Assembly (NCBI RefSeq): GCF_009914755.1
Contig: NC_060934.1
DNA from: the human T2T-CHM13v2.0 reference genome, Homo sapiens
Strand: one strand, 5' to 3'
Length of the DNA stretch: 64,000 bases
The notes under the pieces were generated by a model. The model was not told the origin of the DNA, searched no databases, and saw only the letters and a list, made by a program, of their open reading frames with translations. Position numbers and translations under genes: made by a program. Below, one piece after another: positions 1-12,300 of this stretch; within the stretch, counting starts at the first letter, position 1, and each line of letters opens with the position of its first letter.

Positions 1-130
1 GGATGGTGAGTGGTGGAGGAGTGTGCTCACCTCCCACCCCACTTATGTTGAGGGCAAGGATGGTGTACTTTACTTTGTATTTCTAACATGGGTCTATATA
101 TATAGTAAAGAGGAACGGCATACCTCTTAT

Positions 131-517
131 AACTGGGTCCACTTATACATGGATTTTCTTATGCCTCTGCTCCCCTGCAGACAGCAAAACCAACCCCTCT
201 TCTTCCTCATCTTCCTTCAACCTGTGGATGCCTAGGATGAAGACCTTTATAATGATCCACTTTCACTTAATGAATAGTAAATCTATTTTCCCTTCCTTAT
301 GATTTTTCTTAATAGCAGTTTCTTTTCAGTAGCTTACTTTGTTGTATGAATATAGTATATACATATACAAAATATGTATTAATTGTGTTATAGGTAAGGG
401 TTGCAGTCAACAGGAGGCTATTAGTTAAGTTTTTGGGGAGTCAAAAGTTACACACAGATTTTCAACTCCATGAAGGGGTTGTTTCTCCTAACCCCTGAGT
501 TGTTCAAAGATCAGCTG
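131..517 (+). mobile_element. Tigger2a (MER28)-like TcMar-Tigger DNA transposon, 5' end eroded
   Basis: Contains GGGTCCACTTATACATGGATTTT...GATGAAGACCTTTATAATGATCCAC and ends in a Tigger2-type TIR (TTGTTCAAAGATCAGCTG) followed by TA. Confidence 0.8.
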
Positions 518-1695
518 TATTAACTTGTTTTCTCAAGTGCCCCATACAAATAACTTTTTTCATGTTAATTGCATAGAAGGAAGTATCATTTTGTACAGTT
601 TTTTGAAAATTGGGAACTGGTTGGAAATGACACATAATAAGGTGTTCATAACATTTATAGCAAGAGGTGCAGCTTACAGCGTTTTCCCAATTAAAGCCCC
701 TTTGCATTGTTTTTGCCCACAGAACTCTGGACATATTGAATGATTTATATTTTTGGCCCTTTCCTTTGTAGAACAAATGGTGAGGCCTAGAAGTTTTAGT
801 GCAGCAGTTGTGTGAAGTGTACATATTATATAGTTTAGCCAGAGATGGAATGATACCATGGGGTTAATTTTTTTTATTAATTTTTAATACATTTGACATT
901 GTTTCCAGGTAGCCAATCCTTCCAGTTTCTCAGGAACACAGATGTCTCCTCATAGGAAACAGGAAAAGAAGCTTTCTCTAGGAGAACTTGACAAACCAAT
1001 ATAAATGTTTCATCAGAGTGCCCTGTTGATCTCCACGGCCAGTCACAGGGGTTTTATCTCTCATCTTGTGATAAATGAGTACATATTAATTTTTAGTGCT
1101 GTAAAATGTGTCTTATTTGTTGCAGAGACTAGGGACAAACAACACTTTCAACCAATATATTGTATGGAGATGTTTTGCAGTTGCAGGTGGGATATGGTTT
1201 CCTCATTGAGCCCGTTAAAAGTATTCCATTGAATGGCGATGCAACTGTGGTCTTTGTGAACTGTTTCTTGGTTTGTCAGGTGTGTCCATGTTTATGAATA
1301 TATCTCTGAATCATTTTGTATTTATAGCATACTAGAGATTCTAATATACGTGTCTCTGAAAAGTAGCTACATATGTTAAAGATAGTGGGAAAAAAAGGGG
1401 ATGGAAAATGAACTAATTGTCCATGGAAGAAATTTTGGATTGTTAAAATGAGGATGCAGAGAAGACAGAGGCAAATTGTCAACACTTGTCACTAAGTGAT
1501 ACTATGCAGCTTCTCGGATGCTTGTCATTTGATGGAAAAAAGGGTTCTCAGACTGTAAGAAAGGAAGTTGACAATCTCAAGGGAAAAGAGTGTGGCCAGG
1601 TCAGGGCCTCTATCTTATGAAATGAGTTGGGGTATGAGACTAGGGAGGGGGTGATTCTTTAAAGTACATTTTTTTTTTTAAAGAAGGACTTATAC

Positions 1696-2150
1696 TGTGT
1701 TAATTTTCTATTGATGCCATAACAAATTACCACAGAGTTGGTGGCGTAAACAACACACATTTATTATTGTATAGTGCTGTAGGTTGGAGGTCTGACACAG
1801 GACTCAGTGGGCAGAAATCAGGCTTTCAGTAGGCTGTGTTTCCTGTTGTGGGCTCTAGGGGAGAATCTATTTTCTTGCCTTTTCCTTGCTTCTAGAAGTT
1901 GCTCACATTCCTTGGCTTCAGGCCCTTCCTCCATCTTTAAAGCCAGCAGTGGTAGATGGAGTTCTCACATCTTCTCTCTCTGGCTCTCCTGCCTCCCTTT
2001 TTAGGATCCTTGTGATTATGTTGGGTCCACCTGGAAAATCTGGGCTCATCTCTCTACCTTGAAGCCAGCAGATTAGCAGCTTTAATTCCATCTGCAGCCT
2101 TAATTCCCATTTGCTATATGAGGTAATATATTCACAGGTTATGGGGAAAT
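1696..2150 (-). mobile_element. MLT1D-like MaLR solo LTR
   Basis: TGCCATAACAAATTACCAC...GGCTCTAGGGGAGAATCT...GGGTCCACCTGGAAAATCTGGG is antisense MLT1C/D sequence. Confidence 0.8.
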
Positions 2151-3065
2151 GTTCTAAGTATTGAGTCATCTTGTTTGAATTTTGTGGGGTACTGAAGTTC
2201 AGGAAAACTGTTCTCTCCAGAAGTCACCAGAGGCTTGCTTTCAGTATAGGGAAGTCTTAGTTTTTGCTGCCTCACAGATGTAATAAATATTGCAAACCTC
2301 ACTCACAGAGGGTCTACCCTTGGGATTCTGGAGCAGCACAAAACCTACAAGGAGTTGAGAGAAATTGTGTCTATAGGTGAAGCAGGTTCTTAGCATCAGG
2401 AAGGGAAAGGAGGCGAAGGCGTGATGACCTGACAGGTGTGTGGAAGGAGCTCAGCAGAAGCAAGAGGGAGAGAAGACACACTGAGGTGAGAAGTAAAAAA
2501 GGGTGAGAATAGAGTGGTGGGCATTGTGGCTTGAGAGCCCCAGGCACCAGTGGAAGACACCGAAAGGAGGACTGCTCATACCTGGGGTGGGCTGGGTGCA
2601 GTAAAGTCATTCCCTGTACCGTGCCTTGGAAGCTCTGAGGGGTCGTGGCTCAGGTATTCTGTCTCTAAGCCTGAGCTCCTGTAGCACATGATGACCTCAT
2701 ACGGAAGGAGACTTTTATCTCAGCATCCCTCAACCTGGCACAGCAGTTATTAAACTTTTTGGTCACAGGACACCATGTATAGTGTTAAAAATTATTGAAA
2801 CTCTCATACATTGCTGGTATAAAATGGTGCAGCCACTGAGGAAAACAGTTTGATAGTTCATCAAAAAGTTAAACATGAAGTTACCGTATGACGCAGCAGT
2901 GCCACTCTTAGGTGTATGCCGAAGATAACTGAAAACATGTTTATACAAAATGTATACACAAATGTACACAGCATTATTGGTGATAGGCAAAAGGTGAAGA
3001 CAACTCAAATGTCCATCAGTGGATGAATGGATAAACAAAATGTGGTATATCCATACAATGGGATA

Positions 3066-3301
3066 CAGGTTGAGCATTCCTAATCTGAAAATCCAAAATC
3101 AGAAATGCTCCAAAATCTAAAACTTTGAGTGCCAACATGATGCTCAAAGGAGACACTCATTGGAGCATTTCAGATTTTGGATTTTTGTATTAGGGATGGC
3201 CAGCTGATAAGCATATAATGCATATGTTCCCAAATCCGAAAAAGCCTTTAATCCAGAACATTTCTGGTCCTAAGCATTTCAGATGAGGGATGCTCAGCCT
3301 G
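3066..3301 (+). mobile_element. Tigger4a (MER46A)-like MITE
   Basis: TIRs CAGGTTGAGCATTCC / GGGATGCTCAGCCTG with TA duplication at both ends. Confidence 0.85.
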
Positions 3302-3621
3302 TATTATTTAGCCGTTAAAAGGAGGGAAGTAATGATACCTGATACAACATGGGTGAACCTTTAAAACATTATGGTAGGTGAAAGAAGCCAGTCATAAAAA
3401 GCCACATATATTACGATTTCACGTATATGAAATGTCCAGAACAGGGAAATCTAATAGAGACAGGAAGTAGGTTAGTAGTTGCCAGAGATGGGGGGAGAAG
3501 AGGATGGGAGTGACTGCTAAAGGGTTTGGGGTTTCTTTTTAGGGTGATGAAAATGTTTTGGAATTACATAGCAGTGATGATTGTACAACTTTGTGAATGT
3601 ACTAAAAACCACTGAATTGTA

Positions 3622-4205
3622 CAGTTAGGCACCACATAATGATGTTTTGGTCAAGGATTGACTGCATATGCAATGGTGGTCCCATAAGATTATAATGGAA
3701 CTGAAAAATTCCTATCGCTGAGTGTTGCCGTAATGTCATAGTATAATTACTTTTTAAAAAAATATATATTTAGTGTAGCCTAAGTGTACAGTGTTTATAC
3801 AGTTGACAGTAGTGTACAGTAATGTCCTCAGCCTTCACATTGACTCAGCACTCACTTGCTGACTGACCTAGAGCAACTTCCAGTCCTGCAAGCTCCATGC
3901 ATGATTGGTACCCTATGCAGGTGTACCATTTTTAATCTTTTATACCATATGTTTACTGTACCTTTTCTATATTTAGATACACAAGTACTTAGCATTGTGT
4001 TACGATTGCCCATAATATTCAGGGCATTAACATGTTGTACAGATTTGTAGCCTATGAACAACCGGCTGTCCTATATAACCAAGTGTGAAGTAGGCTATGA
4101 CTATCTAGGTTTGTGTAAGTACACTCTATGACGTTTGCACAGCAACAAAATTACCTAACAATACATTTCTCAGAACATATCCCTGTCATTAAGGAAGCAT
4201 GACTG
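3622..4205 (+). mobile_element. Tigger3 (MER7/Golem) non-autonomous element
   Basis: CAGTTAGGCACCACATAATGATG...GGTGGTCCCATAAGATTATAAT...GCATGACTG, TA flanks at both ends. Confidence 0.85.
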
Positions 4206-5379
4206 TACCTATTTAAGTGGTGAATTTGATGGCATGTGAATTACAACTCAATAATGGAAATTGTAGAGAAGAATTTTTATGTCTGTAGATATCATATTAG
4301 AAATTAAAACTTGTAATAAAAATATACTAATTTAAAAAATAACATTATAATGTAACCATTATATGTTAACATACATTTTTATTTTAAAAAATCTTCAAAA
4401 CAAAAAATTAAGTAAGAAGAGTAGCATTACCTTACATTTCTATTATATCTTTAATGTCTGGTTAGTAGGAGGCAGCAAGAACATCATATGTGCTTCTGTG
4501 TCAGTCTTTTGTGCTATGTTGCTTTGTGAAAGTATGTGAAGAAAATTCAGCCTTACACAGATGTGATTGGAAAAGAAAGGAGTATTGTTTTATGGACTTT
4601 TAAGATAACATGGATATTCTTTGACACTACCTCAAAATGTGACAAATGGTAATTTATTAAAGGTTAGTTGCACTGTGGAATCTGAAATCATTTATGTTAA
4701 AGTTTATTGATCTGTCTTATACTTTAAATGGACCTTTTACCACATGCAAGATTTTGTGTCATCATGCTTTGTCATTTGGGAAAGTATTGGTTCACTAATT
4801 TATGCAGATCTTCCAAATATTGACTCATTTCATTATTCTGTCTAAAATCACATTTGCTAATATCATCCCTGACCTCCTCAGAAGTCTTAATTATTGGGAA
4901 GCTTTCAAGCTCATGGTGGTAGATACGAGTTTTCCAGAATTCTGACTTCTGTGTGATGAGAGCCTGTGTCTTTTTGGTTGGCTTCAGCGGGTGTGATCTT
5001 GACTGTTTTACAATATAAAAGAAAAAAGGATTTTTTGGGAGAATTTGTGAGAATAGAGTGCTGGTGCTAAGTTGTCTATATGGGTGACTTCCTAGAAGAG
5101 GTTACCGGAGCCCTCGGTGGTTGCTTTTTTGGCTAGGGTGGGGTGTATGTGTGTTGAGAAAAGTTAGGAGGGTTTTTCTGTTTGAGCACGGAGCTAGAAG
5201 GACAGTAGAAGAGCAGAGCTGAGTGTTGGGCGAGGGAGATGAAGCCCGGGACGTGCTGGGGGAGTTAGAATATGTGTGAGTCAGGATGGCTTGCAGAGTG
5301 CTGTTCCACATCCTGCCCCGTTCGATCCTTACCATGATCTTACTAGTTAGGCACAGAGGGTGTACTGTTACACTTCTTT

Positions 5380-5480
5380 AGTAGGTGAGGGAAATGAGAC
5401 CCAGAAATGGCAGTGGAATTGTCTAGAGTCATCTGGTTAGTTAGGGGTGGAATGGGTACCTGTCCTGAGCCTCTGCTTCC
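5380..5480 (-). mobile_element. MIR fragment
   Basis: GTGAGGGAAATGAGACCCAGA...GTCTAGAGTCA resembles the MIR core. Confidence 0.5.
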
Positions 5481-5649
5481 TAACTTATGCTGGTTTGTTT
5501 GCAACTGCACTAGGCTTGCTTTATTGGTGAGAAGCTGAGACAGAGGTTTCTCATGGCCAGAGTCAAGGGAGACATTGGTGGAGTTGATGCACCAATGCAT
5601 TTTTGGATGAAGGTTGAAAGGAGTATGCAGGGTCTTTTACTTTGGGAAA

Positions 5650-6054
5650 TGCTGTTGCCACTGTACAGAGGTGGGATGGACCCACACAAAGTTTGGTTCA
5701 CGTGTCAGCCTGATGAGACCTCACGATGTACCAAGAGAGTAAGAAAAGGTGAATTATTCACATAGTAAAGCTTTTGGGGGAGAGCAGGCAGGCTCTCGGG
5801 TCCAAAAGTGTCTTGAGAGAGCAGGGAAAGGAGACTGGCTTGGCTTTTACATGATTAGGGGTTGGGGCTGGTCGAAGGCTTCCTTCCCTGCCCCCCTGGA
5901 CCTGGATGGTTTGAACTTCCTGCAAGTGCCAAAGGAGGGGGCCCCAGGCTTTCTTATCAGCTTGCCCAGATGGGGGCAGAAGGGGAAGGTGGGGAGCGGT
6001 GGGGCCTGAAAACAGCAGTCAGATGTCAGAAATGGAGCCAGACTCTGTATTACA
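5650..6054 (-). mobile_element. LTR47-like solo LTR
   Basis: TG...CA termini with 5-bp TSD GGAAA (5645-5649, 6055-6059); minus strand begins TGTAATACAGAGTCTGGCTCCATTT. Confidence 0.7.
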
Positions 6055-7204
6055 GGAAATGACATCTTTTCTCAAGGGATCTAGCAAGTAGCAATTTGAT
6101 TCTAAATTCAAGACTTAGAACCAGCGAGGGAAGTGATTGAGTGAGCTACTGGCAGAACTTGTTGACTTAGCTGAAGTCTGCATGATCACAGCTCTGCATA
6201 TCCTGGAACTCCACATTTCCTCCTGGTGACGAAGTGATGTGTTTCAGCTGATTTAGAATGTTGGCCTATTGAGAACAAAGCGAAGCTTGTGGGAAAAGAA
6301 GATAATGTGGTGCAGGAAGGCCCTGAATGCAGGGATGTTGCTTTCTTTTACTGAGAATTCTCTCGTGCTTGCCTTTGCCTTTATCCACCCCCTACCCCTT
6401 CTTTCCTTTTACCCTGAGAGTTGTTGGGAGGAAACTTAGCTGGGCCAACAGATGATGGAGCCGTCTATTGGAGGCTTTGAAATCCCACTTTACCACACAA
6501 GGAGGAGAAACATAGCTGTCATCTCCAGGAATTTTAGTACTCATCAGTCCCAGGCTGTCATATGAAGCATTCCACTCAGCGCAGTAAAAAAATGTGAACT
6601 AGTCAACAGTTTGTATGGGAGGACTACTTTGTGTTTCGAACGTTTGGACTTGGAACACTGTCCCAGATATTGGTTAGGTTACACTTGGAAGATGTTGTTT
6701 TGGAAGCGAGTAGGACTTGAACTCCAACAGATACTGGGTTAAGGAGGCTGCCAGGTACCAGTCTTAGATCCTCGAGGGCTTGGATCTGGAAGTGCTGCTC
6801 CCATTTTGGTTTGTATTTTGTAATGAATGCTTGGAGTCAGCTCAGGGTCCAATCATTGAAGCATTTATGTGTGAAACATTGATTATGCAGTGATTACTTG
6901 AGGAGGTGACTGGTGGTCACAGCTTATTTCTCTAATGTCTTTCCCTTTCTCTCCCACTCCTGATTTCCACCTGGGAATCCTATCCTTCCAGTGTGGAATG
7001 TATCAGAGAGTTTTAAAGCCCAAAGAGACCTTGGAGGTGATTATTTCTCTTACGTGTTGTATTTAAGGAACCTGATAATAACTAACTTCAAACATTTATT
7101 TCAGAAAGTTTCAAAACTATACAGAATTAAAGATAATAGTACGATGAGTCTCTATATTTCACCCAGATTTAGTAATTTTAAGATATTGCCCAGGTACAAC
7201 TATC

Positions 7205-7380
7205 ACATATAGAGCACTTCACATGCTTTACTTTTATCACCTCCCAATAGCCTTTTGGGGTTAGATACAAATATATTTCCTCTCTTGAAGATGAGAAAAC
7301 TGACAGGCCCAGAGAGATTAAGAACCTTGCCTGGGGTCTCCCAGTCCGCAGCCAGCCGCCTGTGACTTCACCCTCTCTGC
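7205..7380 (-). mobile_element. MIR
   Basis: AGAGCACTTCACATGC...GATGAGAAAACTGACAGGCCCAGAGAGATTAAG. Confidence 0.6.
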
Positions 7381-7589
7381 TGCACTGCCTGGAGAAGTTT
7401 TAAAGTTTGCCTGACATACACGGTCAGCTGAGGTCAGGCTAGAAGTGGAACCAAGAGATCTCACTCCTTCGTTGTTTCTTTTATTGTGATTTTCTGTGGC
7501 TTTTCTCTTTCCTTTATTCTTTTGATTCTTTTGCAACTGACTTTCTGGGCTTGAAGCGTCCGAGTACCATTTTAACTCTGATAGGCAGA

Positions 7590-8710
7590 CAGCGGCATCC
7601 CAAGGCTGGGGTGGTGGGAGTGGTCTGCTCCAGTGCTGGTGATGAGGGGTGCATTGTCTGTGGAGGATTTAATAACAGTAATAAAAGCATCCAGAAGTCT
7701 GCCTGTAAAGTCTAAATGTCTAGAATTTTGCCTGCAGTTCTAAACAATGTCGGTGATATTCTTTCCCCCAAAATCTTTTGTTGGTGTTCTAAATAATTGC
7801 TTTATTGAGTTTTAATAATAGATACGTAAGCTTCAAGTGAGTACTTCTTGAGTACTTAGCCTTTAATAGATACTGTAGGCCGAGCGCCATGGCTCATGCC
7901 TGTAATCCCAGCACTTTGGGAGGCCGAGGCGGGTGGATCACCTGAGGTCAGGAATTTGAGACCAGCCGGGCCAACATGGTGAAACCCCGTCTCTACTAAA
8001 AATACAAAAAATTATCTGGATGTGGTGGCACGTGCCTGTAATCCCAGCTACTGGAGGGGGTGGGCTGGGACAGGAGAATTGCTTGAACCCGGGAGGTGGA
8101 GGTTGCGGTGAGCTGAGATTGTGCCATTGCACTCCAGCCTGGGTGACAGAGTGAGACTCCGTCTCAAAAAAAAAAAAAAAAAGAAATACTGTATGCAACA
8201 TGGAGGTTAAATCTGACACTCCTGGTGTCAGATTAGCCCTAAACACATGGGGATTCAGCTGCTTGCATTCATTTCCAGAGTAACTTCTTAAGACTTTAGA
8301 ATTGTTCAGAAAGCTTGCTTAGGACAGTCTTGTGTATTTAACTCTGTAGTATTACGTATATCTGTTTTTAAACAGTAGATTTGAAATAAATGATAGTGTT
8401 ACTGATGACTATAATTGTCACTCTGTTTGATCACTTGGAGTTTTTGTCCAAGAGTCCTTAAAAATTACAACAGTGAAACAGAATGCAAACCATGAGGTGT
8501 AATATTTTTGCTTGGTAAGTGCAAAAATAATATCTGTAAAATTAAAACTTATCACATTTAAGACAGTTGTTTTAAAACTAAAGAACAAATCAAGAAAATA
8601 ATAGTTACTGATTTTTACATAACTATTACTGAAAATAATTTTTTTCATACATGGAGGGTGTGTTAAAAAATATTCCTTCCTGGGTGTCTAATGTGTTAGA
8701 TATGCCGTTG
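7590..8710 (+). mobile_element. MER97-like hAT-Tip100 element interrupted by an Alu
   Basis: Termini CAGCGGCATCC / GATATGCCGTTG with near 8-bp TSD TAGGCAGA / TAGGCGAA. Confidence 0.7.
7878..8186 (+). mobile_element. AluS (Sx-like)
   Basis: Full dimeric Alu with A tail; TSD about ATACTGTA. Confidence 0.95.
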
Positions 8711-9084
8711 TAGGCGAAGGCTTTTTCTGTGATTCGTTTTTAAGTGAGGAGATTGAGAATCTTTCATATGTGCAACTGGAACCGTTAGGATAGGAAGAAA
8801 GTTACACAGGGCATTACTTGTACTGAAGGATTACTCTGTGTCTGAAATTGCTGGCACTTGGTACAGCTTTGTCTCACTTTGATATTTGTCAAGCTTCAGG
8901 CCTGTCTGCAGTGCTGACAGACTGTGTGTGCGACAGAGGCAAGAGCTCCTGCCGGCTCCTTTGCTTGGAGCATGCAAAGGGGGCTTGATGCCTTCTCTTG
9001 GGAGGGGGCCGTGGCGCCTTTGCAGTGGTAAGACCTCAGCCAGAACCCTGGCTTCTTGACTCTCATCTCCAGCATCACTTAGAA

Positions 9085-9297
9085 CAGTGCTTCTCCATTG
9101 ATTTTGCCCCCAGGGCACATTTGGCAAGGTCTGGAGACATTTTAGTTATCACCACTGGATGGGGGCTGCTATTGGCATCTTGTGGGTAAAGACATGACTC
9201 CTGCTAACTGTCCTGTGGTACACAGGACAGCCCCTCTACCCCTCCAGTAAAGAATTACCGGGCCCAGTTGTCCAGTAGTGCTGAGCTTGAGACACTG
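9085..9297. mobile_element. MER20 hAT MITE inserted in a MIR (about 9030-9440)
   Basis: GATTTTGCCCCCAGGGCACATTTGGCAAGGTCTGGAGACATTTT; 8-bp TSD ACTTAGAA / ACTTAGGG. Confidence 0.85.
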
Positions 9298-9572
9298 ACT
9301 TAGGGCAAGTTACTTAAACTTGCATGGCCGGCTTCTTCATTTCCTCAAAATGGGAAAAATAACAGCAGTACTTTTCTCATAAGGTTGTTGTGAAAACTAT
9401 GGGAGACAGTACATTTAAGAGCTCAGTAATTATAATTGTTGTTATTATTATGATTAACTTAGTGAAAATAAAATCCAAAAGGTAAAAAACAAACAAACAA
9501 ACTGCTGCTGTGATATACTCATGACCAGTAGAGAGTCAACCATACTACACTCTGTGTACCCTTAGTACTACA

Positions 9573-9805
9573 CAGCTGACCCTGAACACCTTGGGTCTGA
9601 GCCACATTAGTCCACTTATATGTGGATTGTTTTCAATTGAACATGGATCGAAAACGCAATATTTCGGGATGCAAAACCTGCGTGACCAAGAACTGCCTTT
9701 TTCTGTATCTGTGGGTTCTACAGCTCCGATGGGGAGACTTGAGCATGCACAGATTTTGGTGTTTGTCCAAATACCAGTCACCTGCAGATGACCTAGGGGT
9801 GACTG
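9573..9805. mobile_element. MER8-like Tigger MITE
   Basis: CAGCTGACCCTGAACA...TCCACTTATATGTGGATT...GGGGTGACTG followed by TA. Confidence 0.7.
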
Positions 9806-9874
9806 TAAATGGATAACAGTGCTTAGAATAATGACGTTGAATCAATATTCAGCGTATGAAACTTAGTAAAGTAG

Positions 9875-10301
<427 letters not shown>

Positions 10302-10730
10302 TAAGCTACCTGACCCCTCCCTTAAAGTTTTTGATAAAGGGATCGGGGAATCTTGTTTTAACATAATAGTCCTAGATGATTTTTAAGATCAAGCTAGATT
10401 GGGGACAGTACTTTTAGGTAGAAAAAAGATTTATCAACTAAGATTGGGAAAAACCTGGCTTAGAGTAAAGCAGGTTTCTTTCCTGCACTACTCTAAGCAC
10501 TTTATATGGTCAATGGTAAATTGTATTATGCATTGTGGGGAATGAGAGTAAGAATATATATATATATATATTAAGTAACATTTCCTAAACTTAACTATGA
10601 AATGTTCTGTTAAACACATTTTCTGATGATGTTTCACAGACAGCACACTGGGAAACAATTACAACTCCCTCACCATAAATTCTGATTAAAGGAGGGTTTC
10701 CTTCCCCTTCATATTTTAGCAGAATAGCTA

Positions 10731-11192
10731 TATAAACCCAAAAGTATTTGAGACAGGTCGCAATCAGTTTAGAAGTTTATTTTGCTAAGATTAAGGACAA
10801 TGACGGGGATTAAAAAAAACATGGCATCACACAAGCAGTTTATAGTCTGTGCTTTTCTCCAAAGATGATTTTGAGGGCATTAGTATTCAAAGGGGAAAAG
10901 CAGGCTGAAGGGGAAAGAGGGTAGGGTATTACTGAATCCACATGTTGCAAGAGAAAAGGAGCAGGTAGGGGAATAGTCAGTTACGTATTCCTCTGGAACT
11001 CAGTAAATCAACACTTTACCTAGATAAGGTGAACATAGAGTAGCCGCCTGTGGAGATACTTAACGTTTTATCAGTAGCTATCTACGTAGGAACAAAAGGA
11101 AAGGCAGCATCTTGCATGACTTAGCTTTCAGCTTAATATTTCTCCTTTTGACATATTGAATTGGAGTCCCAAGTTTTTGTTTTCCTTTCACA
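10731..11192 (-). mobile_element. MER4-family ERV1 solo LTR
   Basis: Minus strand starts TGTGAAAGGAAAACAAAAACTTGGGACTCC; 4-bp TSD GCTA on both sides. Confidence 0.8.
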
Positions 11193-12149
11193 GCTACTTG
11201 GCTTTCGAGTGGCCCTGCAGTGGAGGGGCGGGGTGGGTACACATCACGACTCACATAGGGTGAGTCCATCTGGGTCTATACACTCATGTGTGGAGATGAC
11301 TCCAGGCCAGTCCTGGGCACATAGTTTGCCTGTCCTTCTCCCCCAGGGACAAGGTGCCCCTGGGACCCTTTCAGTTTAGGTTTGTGGGAAGAGCTTTCCT
11401 CACAAATTGCTTCCGTGGGCTTCCGAGACAGCAGGCCTGCCGTCTGAGAATTCTGTTGGCTCCTCAATTGATGCCTTGGTGGGATTATCTAATTTCTGCC
11501 ATGGTCCATACCCACATTTGCCTCAGGAAGTTCCTGCCTGTGCTCAGGTGACTGATGAGTTCCTTTTGGGCACCATTTCAGCTAAAGGCAGTCATCTCTA
11601 GGAACTCAGATTAATGCACAATGTCAGATCTACAGCCTTCGTTCCTACCATATGGATTGAGCTTATCTGTATTTTATAGTGAGTGTGGCAGAAAGATAGT
11701 AGCAGAGATCCAGGTACATAACAGCTATCGATGGATTGAGAATTGATAGTGGCTCATAATCTGGTTACTTGTATCTTTCATTATTGTGATTTGATACTAT
11801 TAAATCTCAAGTATAGCAATATGTGAATTCAAATTATCATACTCTTATTGTTTATCCTTTTTAGCCCTAATTTGCAGAAGGTGATTAACCCAGAGCAGGG
11901 ATATGCGAGTGGTCTCCCTCCCTCCCTCACCGTTTGCCAGCAATAAAGGATTATTTGTACATCATTTGTATTTCCAACTCCTGTGGTACTCCTGTACTAA
12001 ATGGGTGATTCAGGTAAATGAAGTTAGTTCAGTGATTGTGATCCCTGTGTGACCACTTTAGTTTTTATTTGTGTTTAAAATTAAAAACTAAACTTGAGGC
12101 ATAATATCATTTGGTACCTGCAAATTTTAATTAACACATGGAATGCTTT

Positions 12150-12300
12150 GTCCACAGTTTTCCAAAGTGGTTATGCCACTGTATACTCCCAGAAGCAAAG
12201 GTGAGAATATTCCAGTTGCCCCATATTCTTACCAATACCTGATATTTCTTTAAAACACGTGAAATTGAGTTTCACTGTAATCTTCCTAATAATAGATAAG
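12150..12300 (-). mobile_element. Old L1M fragment
   Basis: TTTTCCAAAGTGGTTATGCCACTGTATACTCCCA...TTCCAGTTGCCCCATATTCTTACCAATAC. Confidence 0.6.

Larger units (their letters stand above)
2800..4254 (+). mobile_element. L1MB-type LINE-1 3' end in three pieces (2800-3065, 3302-3621, 4206-4254)
   Basis: AAATGTCCATCAGTGGATGAATGGATAAACAAAATGTGGTATATCCATACAATGG, GGGTGATGAAAATGTTTTGGAATT, terminal CTCAATAA. Confidence 0.85.
2741..4960 (-). mobile_element. Charlie1a-like hAT transposon in two pieces (about 2741-2799 and about 4265-4960), split by an L1
   Basis: Terminus CAGCAGTTATTAAACTTTTTGGTCACAGGAC; resumes after the L1 with TATTAGAAATTAAAAC...AAGGTTAGTTGCACTGTGGAATCTGAAA...TGGGAAGCTTTCAAGCTCATGGTGG. 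Confidence 0.75.
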
